Source of the DNA: Tubiluchus corallicola
Lineage: Eukaryota > Animalia > Priapulida
Reading direction: 5' to 3'
Length of the DNA stretch: 64,000 nt
Assembly (NCBI GenBank): GCA_030141605.1
Contig: JAQGDQ010000042.1
Location: 248,001-312,000, forward strand
Shown here: positions 1-14,314 of the stretch, piece after piece
Numbering within the stretch: the first letter of the stretch is position 1
Layout of the letters: each line of letters starts with the position of its first letter
Made by a program: the position numbers and the translations under genes
Notes under the pieces: generated by a model
Told to the model about the DNA's origin: nothing
What the model saw: the letters and a program-made list of their open reading frames with translations, nothing else
Databases searched by the model: none

Positions 1-1514
1 AACTAGAAAAAGAAACCGTGTCCCGATATGTATAATACTGTTACCTGTATCGCGGATCTAACAGAACCCTATACAGTCATTTCTTCTTCTTGTTGTTGTT
101 TTGTTACACATCCAATTTGAGACATCGAACTTATACCATTGAATAACTCGGTAATTATAATTCCTGGATTCACGAAACTTGTGAGGGATAGACACCTGCG
201 ATAGGGCTCAGATCATGGATAAAAACTAGGATTATTTAAGAGCCCGAGATAGAAGCCAAAATGTGCAAAATGGGGCAAACTGCTCAGTTACACATGACTT
301 AACTACACTACACCAAACAAAGTCAAATGATAATGAGTCTCGAGGATCCTGTATACTAATCAGTCATACACGTTTGAACCGCTCTGGATCAAACGTAGTC
401 AACACGTTCATGTATGCGGATTTGGATCTGAATTCATTCCGCCCTGTTTATTCTTATTAGCTTGCAGCTCTCATACAAACATTGCGATGTTGCTTTTTAA
501 AAAGCTTGTAATTTGCGTAGAAACTTGCAAGTATTTTCGACGACAAGCAGCAATTGAATTTGTTTCAGTTAGTCAGTCAGAATGACGAATGTCTGCGCGG
601 TTTCGCTTCAATTTTCGCACGTGTTTCCCATGCAGAATCATTGGAGCGAACGGGAATTACTCAGAGAAGTGACAGAAAAAAATCTGCTTATTTGCCCTTC
701 AAACTTGACAAAAATCAAGCTACATATAACCAATAGATACGTGGCCTCTGCTTCTTAACAATTGGTATTCTCATCTTGATATGTCTTTGATGATTTATTG
801 TGCCTCCGCGAGAAATACTTCTGAGGGTATTTTGTCTTTTTTGCAGTTGATCCATAGCTCGATAGTACTGGCACATGCTTAGGGCATCCAATAGTGGGTG
901 GAGGGCAACCAATTAGACCCATCTGTATTTCGCATGGAGGTCTACCCTTTTCCACAGTTAGCATTTATCCCGTCCGGCCGAACCCACCATATTTTTATAC
1001 TGCATACACAATTGCAGAAAATTGTCTTGTTCAACTTGAAAAACTGTTGAAATTGACTTAGAGAATTGGATGGGCCAAGAACACTAAGAAATGCATACAC
1101 GTGGGAAATATAGCTTGATCGTTGAATGTCAACATGGTGATAAGTGTCATCTATAAGAAATCATTTCTAAAAACAAGTTGTGCTTTGGGATGTCCTTGCC
1201 TGAGTCATTCTTTGAGAACATGACCGCTGAAACACCAACAAGACTGCTTAAGTTGCTTATTGCTTACTATCCGTATAATTAACATGAAGAAATAGGTTGT
1301 ATGTCGTAAATTTGATGATTAGGTTATCAATTAGAACTAAATAATAGCGCAATTGTTTTAATTGCTTAGATTTTAAATTATTTTTACTGTAAAGCTCCAG
1401 AAATTTGTACCTCTTAACAATATGATCTTGCAATTACTAATGTACAGTTGCATACGTATGATATAAAAGTCGTTATGCAGAAAACTATGTTAATAAACAA
1501 CAACATTAATAATT

Positions 1515-1955
<441 letters not shown>

Positions 1956-2721
1956 GAACTGCGCATTTGTGGTCATTTACATACTGCTTATTTTTTATTT
2001 TGTTATTTTTATACTTTCGTGCTTCTCTTGTCAGTGTTATTTAAAATGTAGCATCGATGGATCATAGCAAAAAAAAATTCTAAAAGTATGTTAGTTAATG
2101 TGTCTGTCTCTGATGGACTGCCATTTACTGTATACACCAATGTGGGATTATGCTTACTTTAAATTTATTGTTTAGGTATTCCGAATTGCAATAAAACTTT
2201 TATCCTTTTTAAAAGAATAATTAAAGCACAAGATCTTCCTGAGCTTCTCTAGATTTAAAATATTCGTCCTCAATGCCCATAAAATATGTCGCCTTGTTGA
2301 GAAATAGCGGTATTTGCTCATAGAGAAGACCTAAAGTTTTGAATCCAAATTTCATTCGTAACTCGGCGTGACTTGAATAACATGAATCAAGTGTGGGCTG
2401 AAAACGTTAAACAGTAAATGAATAAAAATTATATTACAAACTTAAACGTTCCGCGTGTCTACATTTCTTTCCCTGTTCAACACAAACCGGTCGATCTCTT
2501 GGATATTTTAGCAGTTGTCTGTCGTTCTGGAGAGGTGCAACATTCTGCAGTTGCGTCTGCCTCCCCTAATCTTGCCCCTGCCATTATTAACAACGCTAAT
2601 TACATGATATTGTTATGCTGCCTGGATGGAATTAGACTGCATGATTTTATGAGCTCATATATCGACCTTAATACCTGCAGATGCGTCACATATACCTGTA
2701 TACTTGCATTTCACTACAAGC

Positions 2722-3313
<592 letters not shown>

Positions 3314-5350
3314 AGCCGTTGAATTAACTTTTTCTAAAAACGTATTTTCCATGAGAGACAATCTATGTAAGTTTAATGTTTCGAATGTCTCGTTCGTCGA
3401 CATTCAGCTATAATAACGACTAAATGCTGTATTTTTTCGCCTTCTTCTGTGACAGCAGTCTCATCCACTTTTAATCGAATTGTCCTCACTCGTTGTTGAA
3501 CTAAGTGTACCAATTTTCTCTAATCTGCAAATGATGGTACGAACTATTTCTGCTAGTCAGTTTTTTGTAAATGAAAATTAACAGTCTTGCGCGTTTGGCT
3601 CCATTCTGTCCCTTCCAAACTGCATCAAATCGTATTACTTGCAGACAAAAGCCATAAACCTTTTTACGTTTTGCCAACATAATATTACATGTGATTTTTC
3701 CCTTTAAGAGCTGGCGAGTAGAAACTCGTTAAAACGAATATTACAGGACCTCTTGCGTATGTAATATGTTCCATTGTAAGCTTGCAGTTTTTGTTCGTGA
3801 TACAAGTGATAAAAAAGCAATAAGATCTCAACAAAGATGCGCAAAGATAAAGAGTTTCTGGGTAATAAAAGTGCAAAAATGTTCAAACAATATGTCACAT
3901 TATACTACGTAAATAAGTGAATAAATAACACTTGTTGCAGTAAATCTGTTGTATTTTTGTTTAAATTTGTTCAGTATTTCGACATTAAGCCATCTTCGAA
4001 AATGTAACCAAAAATTACAACATGCACTCTCTAGATTCAGAAATAGATGATGCCAAATTCTATTTAAATTACTTTCTTCTAAATGAGCTTTCCCCTGTCA
4101 CATTAAAATTTAAGGTATCCGAAGAGGAGATAAGAAGGCTTTCCCTAATCTTTCTGTTAAGTGTGTCTTTGCACATTCTAATTAATTTAAGAGCGATAGC
4201 AGCTTTTAACAGGGATTTTGCATGGTTACTGGTACAATTTTTCCAAGAAGAGTTTAAACATGTAGTATCAAACTGTGATCATTATAAAAATGTTGTACAG
4301 TTGCGTAGTTGACACCCGATTAAACAAGACCCGCAAATAGTACTTTCAGATACTCCATGTTGTAATTTTTGGCTACACTCTTGAAGAGGACGCAATGTTG
4401 AAGTATTAAATAAATTTAAATAAAAAATACACCAGATTCACTGCAACAAGTGTAGTTTATTCAGCTAGTTACGTCGCATGCGAACACGACTTGATGTGAA
4501 CAATGTATTAGGTCCCATAATTAGACAGGTCGCCTAAAAACGGTCATTACATTTTCATGAATGTTCCAGAAATTTATTTAGTCAGTAATTTTATATCCTT
4601 TCTTAACAACACGCAACGTCATGGCGAATACTGTTAAAGATCAATCTCTTTGCCGTTACTCTTTTCAAAAAAGAAAAACTCTTTCTGCAGCCTGACAAGG
4701 ATATGGCACTTCTTTTGATTTGCTAGAGTGTCCTGTCGTATTGAGATTTTATGGACTGTTGGTGCAATGTAAATCCGTTTTTGACTGTCAAGCTCAAGTT
4801 TCAGTATCCATCCTTCTCAATTGAGATTTGTTGAGTGATGTACGTGAAAATGCCACAAATAAGTTGCGTTGCGAAGCCATTCCTTGTGATGAACGCCACA
4901 AATTCGCCATAAAAGCATTTTATAAGTTGTTGCTTTGTCAGTCTTGTCGCCTGAACTATGTAATGCATTCGCCTAATTTGAGCTCTGCGATCAACAAACG
5001 TACCTGATGTGCTACTTCCCCTTTTGAAATTTCAATGTTAGAGTTTTGCTGTAATAAAGTGTATAGTTTAGCTGACTTAAATGCAAACATGTGCAAAAAA
5101 GATTCGGAAATTTCCGTACAGAATATCGACCGTGATGCTACTACAGTTTTACACTAGTAAAAAATTGCGAAATTTATAAGATAATGGTCTTATGGTTACA
5201 ACGCCAACCCACTTGAGTCTTAAAACTTGCTAATTCCAACATATAGTCTTTAGCTTAAACAACAAAAATTCTGAGACATTTCACATTTTCTAATGCATTT
5301 TCAAACCAACTCATAAGTAACACAGATTTTGCGGTTTGGTAGGGCAGTTT

Positions 5351-5750
5351 GGGGCCACCATACACAACGATATCGAATTTAGGGTAGATGGGTGGCAGGT
5401 GCATTATAATGCAGGGTAGGTAGCTGATATAGTCATGACATCGTCACTTGGCTTCACTTACCTGACTCAGTGAATTGGGGATGCCACCGCCAATGTCAGT
5501 TGAATCCACTGATGGTTTTCCGTTCCCGTACAAGTGATGTTGTTGCCTGTCCTTGGAAGGAGAAAGAATAAAATGTACAAAAAGCTACATTGGTATGATA
5601 TCGATATCAACATTAGGGGTAGGTAGATCGTGGGGATATGATAACGCCATTATAACGCAAGGTAGGTAGGTCCTCAAAATTGGCCTGAAATTTGATATCG
5701 TTATATGGATGTGTGGATATTATATTGGATACCATTATGTTGATGGCCCC
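5351..5750. mobile_element. MITE-like element, possibly PIF/Harbinger-type
   Basis: Imperfect TIRs ggggccaccatac... and ...atgttgatggcccc, followed by taa. Confidence 0.4.
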
Positions 5751-6484
5751 TAACATAAAGATTCTCTTTCCCTAAGATTGTGATTAAACTTATTTGGCAA
5801 AGGAAACAGTAGGCGCTCTAGCTTGCCAGCAAAAATTAGCAGCAGTAGATTTCTCAATACCAATGTTCAATGCAGATAAAGGAGCTTTATTACGGCTGCA
5901 CATCATCAAATTATGCTTAACCTATTAGTGGTACATTTTATTAAAAAGAAAACTAATCTTTATTAGCATTAGGCATTATAGTTAATTGCTATTTTATTGC
6001 TCTATTTTTTCTATTTAATATGTACTAATACTAATTAGGTTTTACTAATAAGATTTTAATACAACTTTTTGCTAATAGTTTGGGGTTATTAATTGTCGGT
6101 TACTAACTTATTTCTCAAAACATTCCATATTTTTGGCAATCTCTGCAAATGTAAGTGTCCTTTTATTTTCGTATACTCTTTAATTGATTCTCTCTAATGA
6201 ATATGATTTTTATATCAGTTTATTATGCTAATTTTATGGCTCATTTTGTTCTTTACCTGCCTTTTTAAAGTAGGAACTGTATTTTTCAATGCACAAGGGA
6301 AACTTTATAAAGAACAAAAAGTTATATTAATGGACTTTTGTGCTGGTTCCTCGTTTTACGCAGTAAACTACTAAGATCTTTCAACGTGCAACTGCTAAAA
6401 ACCAGAATCTTATTGATAAGAAATTGCTGAAAGTTTAGCTGCTATAAACGACTAGCATTCTGAAGGACACTGCGTATGTATTTG

Positions 6485-6635
6485 GAAGGATGACTCATCG
6501 CACGCGATGACGTCACGGTAGCCCAGTAGACGCGCACGGCAGAGAAATTCAATTACATTCCTACGGCTTCGTTTGCGTCCGTCGAGGGCGTCGCATTGAA
6601 CAGGACGTCCCGATAAAAAAGAACGCAAAGCCGAA
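6485..6635. promoter_or_regulatory. CpG-rich patch with adjacent AP-1 (TGACTCA 6491-6497) and CRE (TGACGTCA 6508-6515) sites; candidate promoter or enhancer
   Basis: Two perfect bZIP consensus sites 10 nt apart in a locally CpG-dense stretch of an AT-rich background. Confidence 0.4.
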
Positions 6636-8620
6636 AAAAGAAAAGCTCTAATATATAGAACATTGATACAGTTAGTATAGTGTGAATGCGTGTTCAACTT
6701 ACTTATGCAAAGTCTGGAGAAATTAAAACTATTACCTTGAATTCTGACAGCTTCTGAGCTGCATATTGGCATCCTTTAAATAGATTCCCACGAGCAAAAT
6801 GTTGCATCTTTCTATTAAACATTAACGACAAGATAGCTGTAAAAATGTTTCAGCTTTTGACGACATTGGCTGACAATACTTTGTGTGTCTTAATGACTTA
6901 TTTGCGATTCAAGTTCATAACGAATTCTTGTTTCAATCTCTACAAAAAATTATATAAACGAAACATTTTATTGTTCCAGTTTGTCAGTGATGCTTAATTT
7001 TTTTATAATATGGACGCCTGGCAATATTTTTGATTAAAACGAATTTCTTTCTATACAGTATAAGTAGTTGTACGAAACAGATTAATACATACAGTTAACT
7101 GATCTAGTTATACAAAGGCAATTAGCCGTGAAAGTTTGAATAGAGTCTTTTTTCCATCGTACTTTAGTTCTTCGGTGTTTTCGTTTTTTAACGGGATTAC
7201 AAATATGAACTGAGCACTAAACTAATTTACATACAGGTATAAATCCGCTGAATTGAATTCAAGAACATTTACATTAATAAAATTAATTTCATTCAGATGC
7301 TAAATTAAAAACATAAATTCGCCAGTGACATATTATTATGAAATTATAACTCAGTTTTCAGCATGGTTCGAATAACGCTTATAACGCTTTAGAACACCTC
7401 GATTATTCGTATATATTATATATGTATGTGTGTACGTGTGCGTGTACGTGAATGTGTGAGGCTGAATTATCACATAACCACTACTGACTGCTTGATATGC
7501 ATGCCTTAAGGCAACTTATAGTCACAATTAGATGTACGTGAGGCAATAATGTTTGCGGGTTCGTAGTAGATAAAGAGTAGATAGATCATGGTGCTTAAAG
7601 ACGTTAAAATTGAACTAAAGCCCACAAAACATTTGCTGTAAATATATGTAAAGATGCCGTTAATTACAATCCACGTGTAATCTAGTTCGTGTGTTTTAGT
7701 GGGATTCAGTGCAAAAGATATTTTTACCTGCCAGCGGCTGATCCAAAAGAATCGTCTGGCTGATTTACAACTCTAGCAGGGTGGACATGATTTGGTGGAC
7801 AGTGACCTCGGTCAAAGAGTCAAGGACACAGACATCGGTCTGTTTTTCGATCATCGTTCAATTCTTTCTAGCTTTTTTTAAATATAGTCGCCGCAAGGCT
7901 GTGTGAGAATGCTAGAGTTTCCTTAGAGCTTCCACTGGCGGACTGTTAATGTCTTAAAACTGTGGAAATATTTACTGTTGCCAAAACGTACTTCACAGTT
8001 GTTTAGCTTTTTAGTTCTGCTTCTTTTTATTCGTGTGTTTTTGGATTGGTTTCTGGTACGATTTAATATCTTTTTGCCTCGGTTTGGTATGATTTAATTG
8101 ACTTTATTGCTATGTAAGTTTTTCACATCATAGTATAGTTTATACAAGAATATAAACTGGCTAATCAGGCTTAAGGCACTTTTTACACAATTCAGCACTC
8201 AGCAACCTGAATTCCAGCAATCAACGAAAAACCTTTGATGTGTCATCAATTATCAAGACTAATTACGTAGCGTAAGGTAGAGGTGCAAATAAGTCGCCCA
8301 TAGACAGTATTTTTGGCTGTTACGTCCATCCACTCACTGGTCAGGTTCAACATTGTTTAACTTCAGCAAAACCACTCGCCATTGTAAAAAAAACATTAAA
8401 CTGTCTCTAGATATTTTATGACATTTTAGGTATTGAAATCAATAGAAGAGACACAGTCTTGTCCACAGATAACTGATTGGACTTTTCATTGCTCGTGTTT
8501 ATATAGTCTTCGTATTATTGGCAGTTTTGGGAAATTTAGTAAATTTAGGAAATTTAAGGCGAAACAATAAGTTTTGTTTTTTCCACATGCTTGACGTAAA
8601 AAAGTACACTGCATTTTTAA

Positions 8621-9144
8621 AACGGAACAGGATCCAACGTTAAACTGTAGCTCGAAATAATCTAATCACATATAAAAAACTGAAAATTGAAAAATTGAAA
8701 ATTCTGACCACCGAAGTTTATATTTCACGTTCGCGCCCTAGCAGGAATTTCGCCATTCACTAATTAGATGGAAAGCGTCTGCGCCTCGGAAACGCGTTGA
8801 TAAAAAATAAGCGATGACTTCTCAATTCACTACTGTGATGAAATCTTGATGATCTTTAAATATAAAGTAGCCGAATTTTTGTGTATGACAGTCAATGTTG
8901 TACAGAAGTACTGTATTTCAATTTTCGCTTTCGCAAGTACGTGCAACATGCTTTTGGGATGTTCCCACTTTTACGTTCAGTTCAGTTCTAACGTCATCGC
9001 TTGTTTGTGCTTCAGTCTGTTAATTAAATTTTTAAGCTATCGTTTAACTATCAGAAACACTATAGTGTTATTACAGGTCTTAAAATGATTACTTTTTACC
9101 GCATTTTGAAACAAAGTAGCATGTAAAAAATCCTCCTGTTTGCT
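8621..9144 (+). mobile_element. Kolobok-like MITE, diverged copy
   Basis: Preceded by ttaa; internal blocks (ttcaattttcgctttcgc, actttttaccgca, tcctgttt) shared with 51527-52130 and 57200-57647. Confidence 0.6.
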
Positions 9145-11429
9145 TTAGTGTCCTTAGACGTGTTTTCTAGTTAGTTTGGGGTATTTAACTTTGATTCTGA
9201 ACTAGGACGTATTGATGTGCTGACCTGTTTTATACATTTACAAATCAGCTGGGTAGAATTATTAAATATTTAGCTGGGGATGCAACGTTTTTTCTTGAGC
9301 AACTTTGATTATATGCATATATTTTCGTATTATAGAACTTACTGATCCGTGATGCAAATTGCCATTAACATTGCGCGCTAGATGAGTGACATTTCGTCCC
9401 AATCAAAAGCTTAAAGTGGAATCCAATCTCCAGACTAGCGTTGTGCAATATTATTTGCATCCATATTCACTGCCCGCTGCCTGTTTGATGTCTATCTATG
9501 TAACACTAGTACCACTTAACAGTCTTACATATTCCAGTGCAGTACCGCCATTGTGCAAAGTTGTAACAGAGAAACGATATTACATCATTGTGCAAAGATT
9601 CTAAAACAGCTTGGTTGCCATAGTGACCGGCTCTTTGCAAGAGAAACTGAGTAAAGATACTAAGCGTTTTAAGTGCGATGAGCGCCAGTGAAACCATTTT
9701 ATCTGCTTTTTGTCACAACTTCCACGCTTTTCCCATCGAATCTTGAGCAAACTTAGCCAAGCAAGCAGTTAATTAACCTACTCTACAGGAACTTCAATAC
9801 GAAGGCGTGAATTAATAACGTAATTCATGCATATCGGTGTGTAGCCATGACACACACTGAAACACTTAACGTGCCATCATGTTATGACCACCTTACCAAA
9901 TGTTCTGTTACGAAAAGCTCATGATAAGCATTTTATAATGAAATCTAGTTGGATTAGTAAGCTGGTAAACATTCTTGACGTGCTGACACACTGGTACAGT
10001 GAATAGCAGAATGTGTTTTTGGATATGATATCGTGATCAACAAGTTTCTATTGTTGGGATTAACTGGGTCATTTTTAGCAAATATATCGTAACCGATTCT
10101 TGATAAAGTACACACTGATTACTGAAACAAATTTTGCAACTAATGGCTGACTAAAATCCGCAAATGTAATTACATATCTTGTCAACGTATTTACAAATTT
10201 TAATAGAAATGTGTTTCAGTACCTGGCAATGAAATAACCATGAAAAAATTAATATTGGGAATTGTGAGTCTTATTCTTTTTAGATATTAACACATTATTT
10301 CTCGTTTTCGTAAGAAATATCATTCCGTTGCTGCAGTTTTAAGTTTTAAACAACGAAATTGTTTGCCTTACCCTCAATTTGTTCCTAGTCCTCTGTCAGA
10401 CTGTGGGGTTGTTAAAAAAACATTACGCCTAAGGAGGAAAGTAATGGTGAAGTATTGTGACTGTGATGAGGGGAAGAGAGGGGGTTAAGTCTTGTGTTAA
10501 GTAACCTTCCAGTTGTTTTTTGCTGCGTATATGTGCTTACACAAGCTAGGGCAAAAGTCACTCGCAAAAAATTAAAAAATTCTAAATAAAAAAATTAAGT
10601 AAGCAAAAAGTTAACTTTATTTTAATTGTAATGTTAATATTATTAATGTAATGTGATGAAACTACTTTCTAGTAGTATAATTAGCATATCTTATCCTCAG
10701 CTAAACTGGCCAGTAAAATAGCAAGAATGTGTGCTTCTGTTATCAAGCTGAAATGCTGTACGTACCTGCTATCTGTTGGACTAAACCAAAATCTAAAATG
10801 AATGATGAAATATACAAGAAACCAATAGCAGGCTATACACTTCCACTTGTTTAAATAACTTTTTTGCATGTGTCACAGTAAATTATGTACATGTGACAAA
10901 AAATGTCAGAAGTATGAAATACCCGTTTTCTTGGGTAATTTTTTAGCCAGCAACAACAACAATGCCTACCATTCAGTTTCAGAAGTCAACAGCGAACCAT
11001 AAGTGTTCTGTGAAGCTGTTATAATACTTGCCATCTAGTGCTAGTCACGTAACAAAAACTTCGGTGGTTCAAATAACACGTCCAGTCCAAAAACTTTCTT
11101 AGTGGAAAAAACAGATGGCGTTAGGCATTTTGGGGGAAGTCTTACATGGCGTGACAAAGTAGATAATAAAAAATTATCAAAGAAGCCTTATGTAATATTT
11201 GAATGAGTAAGATCAACTGTTAAATCTGTTATTAAAAGTACATCGTTATCGTCATAATCATCACCATCATTATCATCATCGTCATCTTAGTCAATTTTTA
11301 TTAGTGCAGTGAACTAGCTTCTTTCTTCAATATCGTCGTCGTCATTATCATCAGCTCCTTCTTGTTCTTCTTGTCATTTTCGGCATCACATTCTTCTCCT
11401 TCTTGTTCTTCTTCTACTGCTCCTGCTAC

Positions 11430-12124
<695 letters not shown>

Positions 12125-12614
12125 AGAAGGCGGGGCACAGTGCCTCATTTTAAATACATTCAAATACCATACGGGTTTTGAAAACAGTATGCTTTGCTGA
12201 ACTCGGACTGTATTTTAGTCACGCGAATTTTTGTCCCAGTCCGGAACGCTAATAAAATTTATGTTATACACTATCCAGGTTCGGAAATCGGTTTAAAACG
12301 TTTTCTGCATATAGCGTGCGGGATCGATTTGCCTGGTTTTGTTCTCAGAATCACTTTGTCTTTACCTGATTCAACGCCATAACAAAATCGTTCATTTACG
12401 AAATCGAAACAAACAGTTAGACGGTATAATATTTTAATTCGAGCTATAATTCGAAATCTGTCTAACACCGCGTACTTGTGATTTTTAACCTCGGGTCTGC
12501 TTGATGGACAAATCTTTTGTTATACTATGTATTTCAGCCTGGTTTGTTTTACCTTAGTTATAGTTTTTTAATATACTGAATGCAAAGAAACACCTGTCTA
12601 TGAAGTTACTCGCT

Positions 12615-13065
12615 AGGCACAGCATTTAAAACCACATCGAGTTTTCATCTCCCTGGCATAGCATTAAAAACCACATAGAGTTTTCGTAATTCCGGCCAGG
12701 ATTAAAAAGCACATTTAACGTTTTAAAAACATTGAGTTTTGTCTTCCTGGGCATAAAATTTGAAAACCACATCAAACTTTTGTCTTCGTGAGCATGGTAT
12801 TATTGTAGGTTTGGGCTGTCATTTTAGCATTTAAAAACCATAGCTAGTTTCTTTTTCTTTCGGACCTAATTATATTTCATTCACAACCATATCATTCATA
12901 TTTCTAAGTGTTACATTTAAAAGCCTCAGTATTTTCACCTTTCCAGGCACAATATTGGAAAACCACGTCAAAGTTTTGTAATCTCAGGCATAACATTTAA
13001 AAGTAACTTCGAGATTTCATCTTTCCATGCATAACATTTAATAACATATCCAAGTTTCATCTTTT
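12615..13065 (+). repeat. Degenerate minisatellite, ~40-nt unit (ggcatagcatttaaaaaccacatcgagttttcatcttcc-like), about 10 copies
   Basis: Recurrent catttaaaaaccac...gttttc/gtcttcc blocks. Confidence 0.7.
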
Positions 13066-13189
13066 TAGTTTAGTAACTCAAGTAAACTGATTATCTTGTC
13101 TTAACTAATTCTTCATGATCAGAATTTGCAATTTTTATTACTCATATAAAACTCAGAACAGAACAGAATAACTAAACCCCAAAAAATCT

Positions 13190-13336
13190 GGAAAGGAGTT
13201 TACAATCTCCCACACAATTTAAATACACTAACCCAAACCAACCCAAACCCCACCCTAATCCTAACCTAACCCAACACTAATCCTAACCCTTAACCAACCC
13301 TAACCTCAAACCTAATCCTAACCCCAATCCTAACCC
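13190..13336 (+). repeat. Dispersed repeat with telomere-like (CCTAA/CCCTAA)n tail
   Basis: Head ggaaaggagtttacaatctcccacacaatttaaatac recurs at ~25379, ~39729-39809 (minus) and ~59799. Confidence 0.7.
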
Positions 13337-14117
13337 GCTTTAGGAACTTATTTCTAGCGTGTGATTCTGACTTGTTTATGAACACAAAACATGGAAAACG
13401 CAAACTATATTCAACAATTTTTATTTTTTATAAAAAAAGAACAGATGATTATTATAGCGTCAGATTCTGCCGTTGAAGTATTTAAAACAAATGTTTGCAA
13501 AAGTGACGGATCCTTATTTTGTCGCATCAGCTGCCTTTAAGCAAATAAGTGTTGTATGCAGATTCTGTCTTGAAAATAATTAGTTCATAAGAATGTTATA
13601 CTGGCTGCTGTCAGCGGGTACTTCAGTTCATTCACATAAATTAATTTAGAAAGTAACAGCATACAGACGAAACTCCAGGGAGTAATAACGCTAGTTTTGT
13701 TGAGAAAATTGGCGGATGACCACTACTGTTCCTTGAAGTTCTGAGAAATAAGGCATAGAATGCTTCTAAGCAACATAGATTCTTTGTTTAGTTAATTGTT
13801 TACGTACCCTGTTGGCACAGTCTTAGTATATAGCCCCTTTCTTTTAGATCTGTGTCAGCTGGTAGCAAAGAGAGACGAAACGTAACGAAGTTTATTTATT
13901 CAGTTTAACACTGAAAATCTCTTGGAAAATGTGTGATGTATTCATATTTTTATTTCTATTATTTGTTGTAGCTTAGTTGAAATCTGAGTGTGACTTCATG
14001 TATTTTTAAACTTTAACGACACAACTGAGTTGCGTACAGCGAAGTCAATAAAGCATGATTACATAGAAATCGGTGACACCATTTCGCTGCTTCACTACAC
14101 CTATAAATCGGTTTTAG

Positions 14118-14314
14118 ATGACAAGTACATTAGAGGAGTTTGAGAGTTGTTTAGAATCGAAACAAGATCACTTGAAATTCAGCTCAGGCAGATGCAAGCC
14201 CAAATTAACCAGCAGCTTCCAGCGATGCGCCACCGATTCCGTAACCATGGCGACGCCTACTGGGAAACATTATTTCCGGATAGAGCATTTATTGAAAATG
14301 GCAGTATCATTTCG
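14118..14314 (+). other. Candidate upstream exon (5' UTR, uORF or alternative N-terminus of Nav; may belong to another gene)
   Basis: gttttag/ acceptor and TCG/GTAAGA donor bracket a GC-richer segment with two overlapping open frames. Confidence 0.45.

Noticed and set aside
554-964. Overlapping short ORFs near the window start
   Set aside because: No recognisable domain or coherent splice sites; cannot be assigned.
8191-8211. REST/RE1 element (ttcagcac...)
   Set aside because: Only the left half-site matches; there is no GGACAG half.
12615-13065. CRISPR-like periodic repeats
   Set aside because: Units are degenerate, lack unique spacers and cas genes, and the context is eukaryotic.
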